The position numbers and the translations under genes are program-made. DNA of 64,000 nt from Guillardia theta CCMP2712 (lineage: Eukaryota; Protista; Cryptophyta). The notes under the pieces are model-generated. The model was not told the DNA's origin. It made no database searches and was given only the letters and a program-made list of their open reading frames with translations. The stretch covers positions 345,238 through 409,237 of the forward strand of contig NW_005434669.1 in assembly GCF_000315625.1 (NCBI RefSeq), written 5' to 3'. Below are positions 13,310 through 26,177 of the stretch, in pieces (position 1 is the first letter of the stretch; each line of letters begins with the position of its first letter).

Positions 13310-14409
13310 CTTTTGCACCTGTGATGACAACTCAGTCACCGAGAGGTCATTTACAACCTTGTGATCATTTTGAATCTCTGCCTCCTGAGTTGAGGTTTGC
13401 CGTGCAATAGTCTCACCTTTACCACACGCCTCCTCCTCCTCCTCTTCCTCCTCCTCCTCCTCCCCTCCTCCTCCCCTCCTTCTCTTCTATGGTCTCCTCC
13501 TCCTCCTCCTCCTCCTCCACCTCCTCCTCCCCTCCTTCTCCTCCTCCTCCTCCTCCTTTTTTGGCATCTTTTTCCATGGTCCCTTCGAATGCCCGGGGTT
13601 TGCCCCTAGTCAGAGAAGGGAGCCGATCCCCCCCGCCCCCGGGATTTGCCCAAAATTGAGGGAAAGTAACCGGTAAAATTGCCCGAATTTTCCAAAAGTG
13701 ACGAACTGAGTCTTGATTATCCTCCTTTCCCTCCCTCCCACCTTGGTCCCCCCCCCCCCCCTCCCCCCCCCCCCCCCCACTCCCTCCTTCCTCCCTCCTC
13801 CTCCTCCCTGATCTTCCTCCCTTCTCGTCCTCCCTCCTCTTTCTTGAACTTCTATCCTGTCCCTTCTTCACATGTGAACTTGCACTCCTCGTTCGACTCT
13901 CTTCATCTCCTCCCCTCTCTTGCGCGGTGCAGGTTGCTAACGTCTCTTTCCTATGACCCGCTTTCCTTCCTGATTGTAGCTCTTCGCTACCATCCTAACA
14001 TGTTGCGGACTTGATTCGACAAGGAGTCAGTCCACAAGGATGTGCTCGTTATAGTATGCCTTGCTCAATTCACTGCTATCCCATCATGTCCTCCCCTTCT
14101 CTGTCCTTCTTTCTTTCCTGACCACACCATAGTTGCTATGAACCCGCTATTTCCCGCACCTCTTGCCCTCAACCTTGCTCCCTCTCAACTTCTCCTTCTA
14201 CAACTTCCCTCCCCTCAACCCTTCCCTTCGACCATCTCCGCGCATATCGAGCATCAGTACCATTCACTCGCTTCTTACATCATCGTACAACTCAGTCTGC
14301 TAGCATACACCTTAATATAGACATGGACGGCTGACAGTCACCCGCATCTCAGCGCTCCTTGGGCGAAGACGGTGCTGAAGTTGCACCGAGCGTGAGATCT
14401 GAAACATTG

Positions 14410-17400
14410 TCAATGGCGACAAGTTCGCGCTTGTCCAACGGGCAGCTCACCAACTGAGGGTCTGATGGGCCCGGAGCTGGTCCTCGGCAGCGACGACTGA
14501 GTTATTGCGTGCGGGTCCTGAGAGAGCTTGAGGTCAGCAGAGGTTGGTGAACAGCAGGTAGGAGGAGTGTTTACCTCGGAGAAGGAGGAAGAGGAGGAGG
14601 ATAGGGAGGAGGAGCTCAGGGCTGTAGAGCTTCTCAGATTGCTCGGTGGCCTGACAGTGGAGGCAGTGACAGGTCGACCGAACGAGGATGTGGCTTCTTC
14701 CTCGGAGTCGAGGGAGAGACGAGCAGAGGAGGAGGAGGAGGAGGAGGAGGAGGTACGGGAGGAGGATGCATTCGCCTCCTCCTCCACGGCCTCGTCAAGG
14801 AAGGAAGCGCCAGTTGGACTTCTCCTGCTGGGATCGCCGCGACCCAGACGGTGACGAGCTGGGAAGGAGTCTGCTGCATGCTGGCGACGTGCTGGAGGGG
14901 CTGGACGACGGTGAGCAGCTCTCTCCTCCTGCTCTGATCATGCAGCGCGTCCTCGTCCTCCAGCAGGAACACCTTGACCATGACCCTTCCAAGGAGGAAG
15001 GCCTCCCAGTCCAGCTGCTTGTCAAGCAGGAGCTCAGTCTCCACCCCGATGTCGCACTCGGCGCAGAGGTCGGGGCGGATCTCGTCCTGGAGGAGCGACC
15101 CAGTCCAGAAGAAGGACTCTACCCTGCCGTGGAGGTGGAACTCGAGGAGGAGGAGGACGTTGACGGAGCCTGTGACGGCCTTGTGCTTGGGCTGGGAGGA
15201 GACGACGTCTTTCCATGACACCTTCCTTATGGCCTCCACGCATGCGCTGAGCCCGAAGCGTCGCAACTTCCTGCTCCTCCCTGTCTCCTGAAGGGTCGCG
15301 TCCTTCTGCTTGCACTCGTGAGGACACGTGCGAGTCAACGCGGGAAGGGAGGGAGGAGGAGGAGGAGGAGAGCAGAAGAGGAGAGCAGAAGACGCGGAGG
15401 GGAGAGGAGGGGAGAGGAGAAAAGGTAGCAGGAGGAGGAAGAATTAGGAAGAGAAAAAGATGGTTAGGATGAGAGGGCAGAAGGATGAAGGAGGAGGGGC
15501 AGCAGGAGAAATGAATTCAGACCTCTGACGAGTCGCTGCCATCATGATCCAACAGTGCAAGGTCGACTAGATCCTCTTCGAAATTCTGAAGGCCTAGTCC
15601 CTCCTCTTCGTGTCTCGATCCTCCTCTTCCTCCTCCTCCTCCTCCTCCTCCTCCTCCTCCTCCTCCTCCTCCTAGCCCCTCTCTTCCATACTTTCCCCCC
15701 TTGGTCTGCAGTGACTGGAGGTGCTCAAGGGACTCTATGAGCGGGTTGACCTGACGCGAGATCACCTCCTCCTCCTCCTCTCTCCTCCTCGTCCTCCTCG
15801 TCCTCCTCCTTCTCACCGTTCGAACCATAGCTTGCGACGTCGAGCTCATCTTGTCGATCATGTGCCTATGAAATTGTTCCATCCTCTCGTGAATGCTGTT
15901 CGTCTCCGTCAGGATGCTGACTCATACCTGCTCCTCCTTTCCTCCCCTTCCTCCTCCTCTTCCTATCTTCTCTTGCTCACCAGAAGTACACATCACCGGC
16001 AGTAAAGGGCTCAAATTCTGAGGGGTCATAATCGGGATCCTTGATGAAACTGTTTGGAAGTGATTATTATCACCATCACCATCACCATCACCATCTCCAT
16101 CATCATCCCCATCTCCATCATCTCCTTCATCTTCATAGTCATCGTCATATCTATCACCTTGCTGCGCTGCTCATTGCGTCATAACTCTCTCCGAAGTTCT
16201 CGTTGACCCAAAAGATTTCTCGGAACTGAGTTCTGATATGATCAATCCACCTACAAACATGTGAAGGCAACGCGAGGAGAACAACAAAAGAACCTGAGCA
16301 AGAGGAAGATGTCTTGTTTGAAGATATTGTGATAAATGATGGCCTGAAAACATCATCATCTTCATCATCATCTCCATCATCTCCATCATCATCTCCATCA
16401 TCATTATCGCCATCATCATCTCCATCATCATCATCATCATCATCATCTCCATCATCATCTCCAGCTCTCTGCTTCTCAACCTCTTCAGGTAGAGGATCCC
16501 TCATGTTCCTCGTGTCTGGTTTGCGAGCCAACGGGATGGTGTAGAGAATGACAGCAGCAATGAGAGGAGACACGATCTGCCAATCAAGTCAACTAGTTGA
16601 GCAAGAGGGAGGAGGAGCAAGGAGAACGAGCTAGAGAGGATAGGAAAGAGAAGGAGGAGCGAGAGAAAAGGGGAGGAAGGAATAGAATGAATTGGAGGGA
16701 GAAGGAGAAGGGAAGAGGAAGAGGAAGGGGAAGGAAAAGGAGGGAAGGGGAGGGAGGAGGAGGTGGGAGGCGTGTTGGTGTTTATGGAGGAGGGCAATGA
16801 GGGAGAATCGAAGGAGGAGGAAGAAAGTAGCCGGAGGAGCCCATCACTGACCGACAGGCCCAGGAGCAGCTGGAAAACGTTTGACGCTTCGGCAAGGGGC
16901 GAAGAGAGCCGGTAGCTCCTGTGATGGGGTTTCGCTTCCTCCTCTGCTTCCCCGTAGAAGACGTCGGAGGTCAAGAGGGAGCTGAATGCTAGCTGGACGC
17001 AGTCCCCTGCTAATGTTGAGGTGCTGCATGCGGCAGGAGAAGCTCTACCGAGGGAGGAATGGTTACCCCAAGAGGAGACGGAAATGGCGGCGGGGATGGA
17101 GGAAAGGAGGAGGAACCTGTGTCGGAGCAGGTGAGAGGGGAGGAGGAGCAGGTGAGAGGGGAGGAGGATGAGTCACATGATGACGAGAAGGAGGAGGACA
17201 GCGATGGGAGCGGAGGCCTGAGCAGGAGGACGAGTCAGAGGAGATGCCTTGAAGGCTTGATGGTCTTATACCTTGGCAAACGATCGTAGGAGGAATACAA
17301 GTGATCGGCTGCAGGAAGTGTTGAGGGGCTTCAGACATCATCGATCGAATTCCACCTTGACTTCCTGAACCTGAACGCGCCCAAGAACAAGAGCAAGGAG

Positions 17401-20400
17401 CTCAGACCTTCACAGCTCCAGTTGTCAACGTGTCTGCTTCAAACATCAACGCATGGCTCACCGTTGAGGACAGACTCAGTTGTCCTCCAGCACAGAGCTT
17501 GCGTCAGATTGTCGAGGAAAGATGACGATGAAGGTGAAGATGACTTCAACACCTTGAGGCTGAGAGAGGTTTTGACCAAGAAGAGACAAGAGATCGCAAG
17601 ATCGAAGATCGGCCAGCCCTCTCGATCAAGAAAGTCACGTAAGGCTGCAAACTGTACCTCCTCCTCCTCCTCCTCCTCCTCAGCTTCTTCCACCCTTGCT
17701 CGCCTTCGCTCGACTGCCCTTGGAATGTTCGAGATGACGAATCTGTTGCATGAGACCTGATTCGTGCTGCTTAAATGACATTCTACTCGCTCCTGATGAA
17801 GCACCTATGCCCCTCTCCCTTCCCATCACCCCCTCCCCCCCTCCCTCCCTCCCTCCCTCCCTCCCTCCCTCCCCTGCCTCTCCCTCCCTCTCTCTCACCA
17901 TCTTGAGGAAGAAAACCGTCGCCCTTGCTACCAAAGAGGTCGGATAGTAACGGACTGACCAACCCGAAGCACCTCGCTCAGTCAAGTCGCCGCCTCCTCC
18001 ACCTCCTCACCCGAGTACGCGAGCGACCAGGAGAGGTAGACGACGATGACGATCAAGGTTACGACGTCAGTCTGCTGCCTTGCCCCCTCTGCTCCCGTCA
18101 TCGTCAGCGATCGTCTTCGAACCACGAGCAACGGCAAGACCGTAGAGCGAGACGACGCGTAGGGAGATCTGCGTAAAGAGGAGCTCAGGAGACGGAGGTT
18201 GAGCGGGAGAGAGCCAAAGGGAGGATGAGAGAAGGATGTACGAAAAGGGCAGCAGGAGACAAGGAGCACAGGAGGACCAGGACCAGGACCAGGGAGAGGA
18301 GGAGCACAACCTGAGGGAGGAAAACTCCCCCTGCTGTTGACTCGAGGAAGAAGGAAAGTCGAGCTACACTTCCTGCGGGATGCGGTCAGAGGTCAAGGAA
18401 AGGGGAGGCGACATCGAACGAGCAGCGGGGTTGAGAATCCACGAGTCAAGTCCGAAGGCCTGCGAGCGAAAGTGAAGAGAGGAGGAAGAAGGAAGGAGAA
18501 GAGAGCGAAGAGAGGGAGGAGGAGGGAGGAGGGAGGAGGTCTACGGAGGAAGAACAGTCCTTAGAGAAAGAAACAGCACAACAAGCGGGAAGGAGAAGCC
18601 TGATGGAGTGAAGGAAACTATGAGCGGGGAGGGAGAGGGAGCTGACAGGGAGGGAGAGGAAGGAGGAAGAATGATTGCGTTCATCACCCTCGTGTCTCTG
18701 TCGATCCAGGAATTCGTCCTCATGCCTTGCAATGTTGACGACAGCCCGCTTCCTCCTCCTACAATGACAACAACCTCCTCCCTGCTCCCGCTCTCTGCTC
18801 TTCCTCTCAGCTCCCATCCTCCATATCCTCTCTTGACCTTCACGGTAGCTCGCAAGGGTCCCTTCCCACTCGTCGCAGCTCTTGCGAGGAGCAGGTCTGA
18901 CGGGCCTGGCCCAGCCCGTGCCGTTCCAGACTTGGTCAGGAACCTTGGAGAGGCGGTGAGGACGGCAAAAGTCGCGACTACATGGAGACTCTTGGAGGCA
19001 AGAGAGTTGAAGTTACCTTGCTGTAGCTGCTGTATGTTGAGGAGCAGGTGAGAGGGTCTGCACGAAATGTCTTATGTTCGAGGGGGCAGAAACGTTGGCA
19101 GGATTCATCAGGCACACACAACCTTGCGGGCAGTCCCCTTGTGTGATGGTGATCCCCTGTGAACCGCTGCAAGTTAAGACTGGCCGCCATGAGACTTCTT
19201 CGGACCTCGATGTTGGTCAGGCACGAGTTGAAAGGCGCGACCTGGCAGGCGGTCAGCTGGACTCTTCAGTCTCCTCTTGAGCATCACTTGGCCGGTGACA
19301 TTCAAGTCTCTGCACGTGAAATTCGCTTCCCCCTTCCTTCACCGTCATCGCACGCTCAGGACCCTCCGAGCCTCCTTACCAGCGGAAAGAAGCATTCGGC
19401 TGCGTCAGCATCGGAGTCAGGAGCAGAGAACAGGAAACGGGCTACTCAACCTCGCTGCCTCGCCGAGACAAGTTTGGAGGTGAAGGACAAGGGAGTCGGA
19501 AGTTTGTCCTGAATGTCCCCATGAGCACCTCGGATCCAGCAGCGCAGTACCGACTTGAGACAAGCTGATGGCGGAGAAACCATAGGAGGAGAAAAATCCT
19601 GTCAGAAGGCCTGGAACGACCCCGTTCAATCATGAAGTAGAGCCCAGATGTACGAGTACCATTCGTGCTTGTGTGTAGGAACTTCTTGCACCCATCATCT
19701 CCAAAAGCAGAGCATCTGCTATCAGAATGAATCGGTATGCGAGGAACATCCTTACACGTACCCTACTGCACATTCTCCTATGGTGAACCGTTTCCTGAGC
19801 ATGAAACTGTCACCCAACCACCAGCTTACTTGCTCCTGGACCTCGAGGACTCAACGTACTGCGCCAGCACACTCGGCTCCCATGGCACAGAGGCTCGCTG
19901 GAAGCAGAACTCTGTCGTCGAGATGAGCATGAGCGGGTAGACCCTTTCGAAACATCACTCTTTCGAATGGTGTTCAACGGCCTGTTGGCACAGTCAGGAG
20001 GAGGACGGCGCGCCGAGCCTTCACTCACTTGAAATGAGAAAGGATGGGATCAGAGGAGCAGTCGCCGCTCCCTCCTGCGCTCCCAACACACTCGTCAGAA
20101 CAGCCCGTCACGACGCTCTCTCTGAACCTCGATGCTGCCTCATGGTCAAGGGAGCTTCGTCGTTGGAGCTCCTCGGCTCCGATGTGTTGCTGCTGCATGA
20201 GGGCAAGAGCAGTCACGCACATCCACAGACAGCCGCGCTCCTGCTGCCCTCACCTTGTGTCGAAGAGGAACGAGCCTCGCACCAGGGATGTGGACGTAGG
20301 GAACTGCAAAGAACCAGCGGCGTCAGCAAGGTCACAGCAGAGTCAACTGAATGCCTGATTGCTCCTGGAAGCTCTTGCCGGAGGAGACGCCCTCCTGTAC

Positions 20401-21008
20401 ATAAGGGTGATCACGTACCAACAAGGAGATCTTATGGTCTTCACGTCAGCTGCTTCATCCTCCCGACCCATCTACTCGACAAGCCTTCAGCATCGGGCAT
20501 GAGAAGGGACAAGTTTCACCGGATATCGAGCCATGCCCAGAACTGAGCTGGGCTCCTGACTTCGCTGTAGGCTGACAGCTGGTCGTACGAACGTCACTGG
20601 GAGGCAACGAGCACAGTCTGAGGATGCAGTGGGAGACTCACTCGCGCTAATCTGTACAAAGATTTCTCCTGCTGTCCGAAGGCCTGAAGGTAATGAAATC
20701 TCTTTCAAGCATCTTCAAGACTCTCTGATACCTCGTTCTCCTCAGATCGTCTTGTGTTCTCAATGGTTGACAGCACGATAGCCTGTAAGTCACTTCACTT
20801 CACTTCGCTTCCACCCCTTCTGTCGGCTGATCAGCGCGACAATGCAGTACCAGCGTCAGCCACGACATCAGCCAGGGCCAGGACCTGCCAGGAGGACTGA
20901 CATCAGCAGGCTCTCATGCCATCCTCACCGTCCTCTCCGTTGCCTGTCTGGGCGCGGCCACAGCTTCGTCTTGCATGCTCGCGCCTCCTCCGGCCCGATC
21001 CACGCCAT
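14410..21008 (-). CDS. Large multi-exon membrane/extracellular hypothetical protein (may be more than one gene)
   Basis: Probable start MAWIGPEE...SWPWLMSWLTLVLHCRAD; Cys-rich PAN-like segment ECAVGCSAFGDDGCKKF near 19700-19790; hydrophobic exons near 18000, 17380 and 16550; long exon 14634-15338. Confidence 0.4.
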
Positions 21009-21049
21009 GGCGGCAACGGCTTGTCAAACGATTGACCCCCCTAACTCGG

Positions 21050-21330
21050 CGAAAGGGAACTTGCTGCCGGGGCCCCGGCTTCTCAGTAGCCGGCCCGCCG
21101 GTCCGGGGGCCCTGGACTCGGGCCGGGATCAGTGATCGGACTGAGACGGCGGTATACGCCGATCCTCATCGGCGGATCAGGAGGCGGCTACCTGCGTACT
21201 GTGTTGAGGCTACTGAGAGTGTGACACACTGGGAACTTCGGAACCCCGACGGACTGACATACGGCCCGGCCCGTTCACCGTTCCGAAGTTCAGTGCCGCC
21301 GGCGCCGGGAGTCGTTAAAAAGACGTTTAG
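21050..21330. promoter_or_regulatory. CCGG-rich divergent promoter region with 12-bp inverted repeat
   Basis: GAACTTCGGAAC (21233-21244) / GTTCCGAAGTTC (21280-21291) between divergent genes. Confidence 0.45.
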
Positions 21331-21585
21331 ATCTACCATCATCCGCGGACTACCAACACCCTTGCCCCGCTCGCATGCCGGCGGTAGCAGTCGGGTGCGG
21401 GGGGTCGCAGAGCTTCGACACAGCCCCTGCCATGCTCCTGGCGCCTCCTCGACATGCTGGTCCACCCTTAGCCCCTGTGTGCGCTGCTCTGATCCGTGAG
21501 ACCTGATACCTCTTTCGAGCCTTCTCCTCACTGCAGTGGAACAGGAACGGGAGCGTCCAGGTGAGCGAGGATCGGGAACGAGACT

Positions 21586-21616
<31 letters not shown>

Positions 21617-21771
21617 AGTAACAGGCAAAGGTCAACATGGGTGCGATAGAAAGGGCCGCCTCCGATTAGATTGGTCCTCCATAGGGAAAGCACCCATAGA
21701 CTAGGAATCTGCGAGGAGGCGTATTGTAGCACGTGAAGGATCCAGAGCTGATCGGCCGCCTTCCCTCCCCC

Positions 21772-23728
21772 ATGGGCTCGCCAACCAACTTCCTGGTCGT
21801 CTTGATGCTCTGCTTGAAGATCTCGCTATGCGCTCAGGCTGACGTGATCGCTGGGACGCCCGCCCATGTTGCCTCCAACCCGGCCGGCGTCTGCGCCGGT
21901 CAGCAGGGGTATTCATTCCTGAAGACAGTTCTACGCGGAGCGGGTGCACGGAACAAATGGAGGAGGAAGATGAATAAGAACAAACAGCAGAACCAGAAGC
22001 CCAACATGTCTGGAAACAACCAGAACACAAGGTCTGACATCATTCGCGAGGGTTGTATGAGGTTGACGATTGTATCCAAAATAGGCGAGACTCACAGGGT
22101 TCAGCATCACATCAATCATCCAACCAAGGCAACAAGCCAAGGTCAGGAGGTTTCCATGTGGACAAGGTTTTTGAACGGATGCTGTAGGCAACACGGGGGA
22201 TGGCAAAAGGGATATCGCAGTCCGAACCAGCAGGTGGATCGATGTTGTCATTGTGACAACAATGCGAGGCTGAGACGAATCATGTGATCAGTTTCAAAAG
22301 CGGCGCCAAGAGTTCTTCTCTGCCAGTGAAGCATACAGTTCTGGTGGAGACTTTGAAGAGTTTGACATGGGGGACAGTGACATGCAATCTGACAGCGATG
22401 TGAGTTTTGTTTGCCTTGTAGTAATCGCTTGCTGAGCACTGCGGTTCAGGATGAATACAGTGACTCTGAAGGATTTAGCTCGTGAGTCACGTTTGAATCC
22501 CACGGAAGTTGCTGAAAGTCGATTCAGGGAGGGCTCTACCATTTATGTTGATTCCCAAGGAAATCCCGTCGAAGGATCAGACAGGTAGGCAGGCAACTTT
22601 GCGAGCCAAGACTTTGGTTGTTGTCCTTGAATCTCTCCCTCTTCTTCCATCTTCTGACATCACTGCTTCTGTTCCCTTTTCTCTGCTACCTGCTCTTGGA
22701 CAACACAGCATGCAAGTACCTTCCGGAGAGGTTTGTCCTCGAATTGAGAACGAAATCGAATTGACAGTCACTGTCTCCAACTACAGGTCAACAACACCCG
22801 GTGCTACGACGTACTGGGGATCTCGAAGAATGCGACTGTAGATGACATTAAAAAGGCCTACAAGAAGCTTGCGCTCAAGTCTGCTTTCTTCGTGACCCGG
22901 TTGTACGTGCTGAAAGGATCCAGGTGGCATCCTGACAAGAACCCTCATAACAAGACAGCGGCAGAAGAAATGTTCAAGAAGGTTGAAGCTGTCCTATGAT
23001 GCAAACATTCCTGACGGCGCGTCATAGGTGACGGATGCATACGCAATCTTGAGCGACCCCGAGAAGAAGAAGGTTGTTCCCTCGAAGAGATTCGGCTTCT
23101 GCCGTGCAAACTGATTTCTTCCTTGACAGCTTTATGACGCACAAGGCGAAGCCGCGTTCGGAGGCGATGAAGGAGACGACAGTGGTGGTGGGCAAGGGTT
23201 CGTGAATCCTCAAGATATTTTCAATGCCTTCTTCAGTGGAGCTGGTGAGTAGCAACCCCGTCCCCTTTTCCTCTGAAATAATCTCCTCCCCTCTCCTTCC
23301 TTCTGCCAATTGCTCTCATTCTCTTTCTGCTACCCCCCCCCCCCCCCCCTCCCACTGTCGTTTCCGGCCTCTCCCAACTCTTGACTTTCCCAACTCTTAA
23401 CCAGGAGGGATTTTCGGCTTCGACGATGCTGGCAGTCAATCAGGTACCTCTTGTGAATGTCCCACGTGCCCCCGGCTCATTCCCAGCAGAGGAAGTTGTC
23501 TTCATGGATTATGAAGTCCCGAGGTAGTCCGACTTTCTTCTCCTCGTCCTCGTCACCCGTTGATTTTCTCCCAGATATGGCTCCATGCCTTCCAACGGAT
23601 ACTTCTATGTACACAAGGATGGGCCGCAGAATCGAGGCGCTGCCAGGGGACGAGGACGAGGAGGCGCGAAGAATCAACGGAGAAACAATGGTTGGGACAA
23701 GCTCCTCCCCTCTGCAATGTTGAGCTAA
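21772..23728 (+). CDS. DnaJ/Hsp40 J-domain protein with signal-peptide-like leader
   Basis: Spliced exons 22790-23150: [62 protein letters not shown], then a G/F-rich region. N-terminus [21 protein letters not shown]; linkage of the leader to the J exons is assumed. Confidence 0.85.
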
Positions 23729-25050
23729 GATGGTCTCTGAGCAGGGCAAGGAGGGGACAGAAATTCGTTCCGGGGACAGGGAAAGAGAGGGATGAGCAAG
23801 GGGCGACGTTAATGCCTCATGAAAACTTGAGATTCGGAGTATCAGAGCTACGAGATTATCCGCCGTGGAGATATTGTTTTAAGAGCTAGGTGCTCTTCAA
23901 TGAAAATGTTAGCGTAAAGGTTCCTTGGACTCTGTTCCGAAATCAGATGATGGCCGCCGGGCTACCGGCGTACGGTGCCTGACGGCCAGATGATAACACC
24001 GTCTGACAGTGACGTACCGCCGGAGAATGGCCCGCCTTGTCACTGAGCACTCCGAGCCAGGGCCTGTACTACTACCGTGACTCGTGACGGTAAGAGCCGG
24101 GGCCCGATCGGACCTGCGGCGGCCGCCGGGGCCGGGATGGCCCCGGCTGCGGCGGCCCCGGGCCGGCCCGGATGCCACCGTGTGGACTTGCCCACTCACT
24201 ACTGTAGTACGTCCTAGTAGATTTTGAAAGGAGGGGTGGATTGTCACAGCTGGGGTGGGTAGGAAACTGGAGGTTAACAGATTGTCTGTAAACAAGGGTA
24301 CTTTGAGGAGAAATGTAGGGGTTATAATTGGGTGGGGTGGTAGAGAAGGAGGGGTGAATGGGGGTGGTTAATGGGGTTATCACGTCCGGGCTGCGGGTCT
24401 GAGAGACGTGCATGTCGGGGAGTGTCGAGGGGAGGGAGAGGAGACAGGAGACAGGGGACAGGAGAGAGAGGGAAGGGAGAGGAGACAGGAGACTGGAGAG
24501 AGAGGGGGAAGTGACAGGAGAAAGGATAGAAGGGGAAGGAGAGGAGAGAGGGGGGAGGCGGGGGCGGAGAGGGGGACAAAGTGTGTGTGTGTGTGTGTGT
24601 GTGTGTGGAAAGAGAGAGAGGGAGGGAGGGGAGAGAGAGGAGGGAGAGGAGAGTGAAGAGTATAGTGCGAGAGAGGGAAAGGGGAGAAAGACACGAGGAA
24701 GGTGAGGTAGCTGAGGTAAGTGAGTAAGGACCGAGTAGATCAGAGGAGAGGAGAGAAAAGAGAAGAGAGAGGGGAGAGGGGAGAGGAGAGGGAGGATGAT
24801 TAAGGAGACGAGAGTGAGCAGAGCAAGAGTGAGCAGAGCGAGAGTGAGCAGAGCAGAGCCAAGCAGAGAGACGAGAGTAGGGCAGAGAGAAGTTTTGATC
24901 GAGAATAGGACATGAGCATGTGGAAAAGAAGATTTGAGTAGGACCGATATGTTGGGAGATTCGAAAGTTCTGCAGGGAGGAAGCGAGATCATGGATGGAA
25001 GTACGTTTTCACGTTGAGAGCAGATTTGATTCAAAGGATTCGCCTGGAGT

Positions 25051-25920
25051 ATGTTCACCCTAAGGAAACGAGCAGAGGCCGAGTTGCCGAAGCCAGGTCA
25101 GCAGCGGCTGATGGAGCATGGATGTTTGATCGTGCTACGTTGCAGTGCCCTCGAGCTCCGCTTCCGAGACTCGAAGCAGAAGTAGCAAGAAGGGTCCCGG
25201 CTTCTTCCTCTATGTGAGGGAGGGAAGGGGAGGGAGGGGAGGGAGGGAAGGGGAGGGGAGAAGGGAGGGAAAAAGAAAAGGGAGGGAGAGGAGGAGAGGG
25301 AGGGAAAAAAGGGAGAGGAGGAGGGTTTCAGCCATTGAGTGCATCCTCAAGGCTGTCGGCGCTCTGGCGATCATGATATGCTTCGAGACCTACTGGACCA
25401 TGAACGCGATGGGGGTCTCGCTAATCGACTACGTCGGGAACTCCACCGTTGTGGAGGAGACGTACAAAACACGTGAGGGAGGGCTGTTGTGTCTGAATAC
25501 AGCTGGCAGGATCAACATCGACTTGATGGAGACAGCGCTGATCTCCGAGGGGAAGCCTGCTACCTCCGACGTCGACGGGAACCTTGGTGTGTCATCCCCT
25601 TCCTCCCTGCCGCAGCCAAATCGAAGGCTGAGTCATGGTGCAGGGAAGGCGCAGGTGGTGACGTCAGAGTCCGTTGCGGTATGAGATCCCCTCTTTCTTT
25701 CCCTGTCCCTCCCGGCCGCCCGGCTCGGGGCCTCCCACCTTTCCCGACTCAGTCTGTTCAACTCGATTGAGCTGAACTTGTGGGATGATGGCAGGACTGG
25801 CTCAAAGATAGGTGGCAAGCTGCGAAAGACATGTCGGGTGAGACCTTCCTGTTGTCTCCGCTCTCTGATGAATTAGTTTGCAGGAAACCCCATCGAGGGT
25901 GAACATTGGATCGAGGTGGG
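25051..25920 (+). CDS. Small type II membrane hypothetical protein (3' end runs into gap)
   Basis: ATG 25051; hydrophobic segment AIECILKAVGALAIMICF; several short GT-AG introns. Confidence 0.3.
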
Positions 25921-25969
25921 AGGAGAGGAGGGATGGAAATGGATGAGGGGGAAGGAATCTTTCACAAGA

Positions 25970-26069
25970 NNNNNNNNNNNNNNNNNNNNNNNNNNNNNNN
26001 NNNNNNNNNNNNNNNNNNNNNNNNNNNNNNNNNNNNNNNNNNNNNNNNNNNNNNNNNNNNNNNNNNNNN
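25970..26069. other. Assembly gap (100 N)
   Basis: N run. Confidence 1.
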
Positions 26070-26177
26070 CCCCGCTCCCTCGCCCCCTCCTCCCTCGCCC
26101 CCTCCTCCCTCGCCCCCTCCTCCCTCGTCCCCTCCGCCCCCCTTTCTCCTCACAGCCTCTCGGGGGACCTTGAGAAG

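Noticed and set aside
13560-13780. Odd doubled-base sequence (also ~620-800)
   Set aside because: It resembles low-quality reads slipping after homopolymers.
19940-19970. Apparent in-frame TGA (selenocysteine?) in a Cys-rich minus-strand exon
   Set aside because: A ~47-nt GT-AG intron removes it, and no SECIS was evident.
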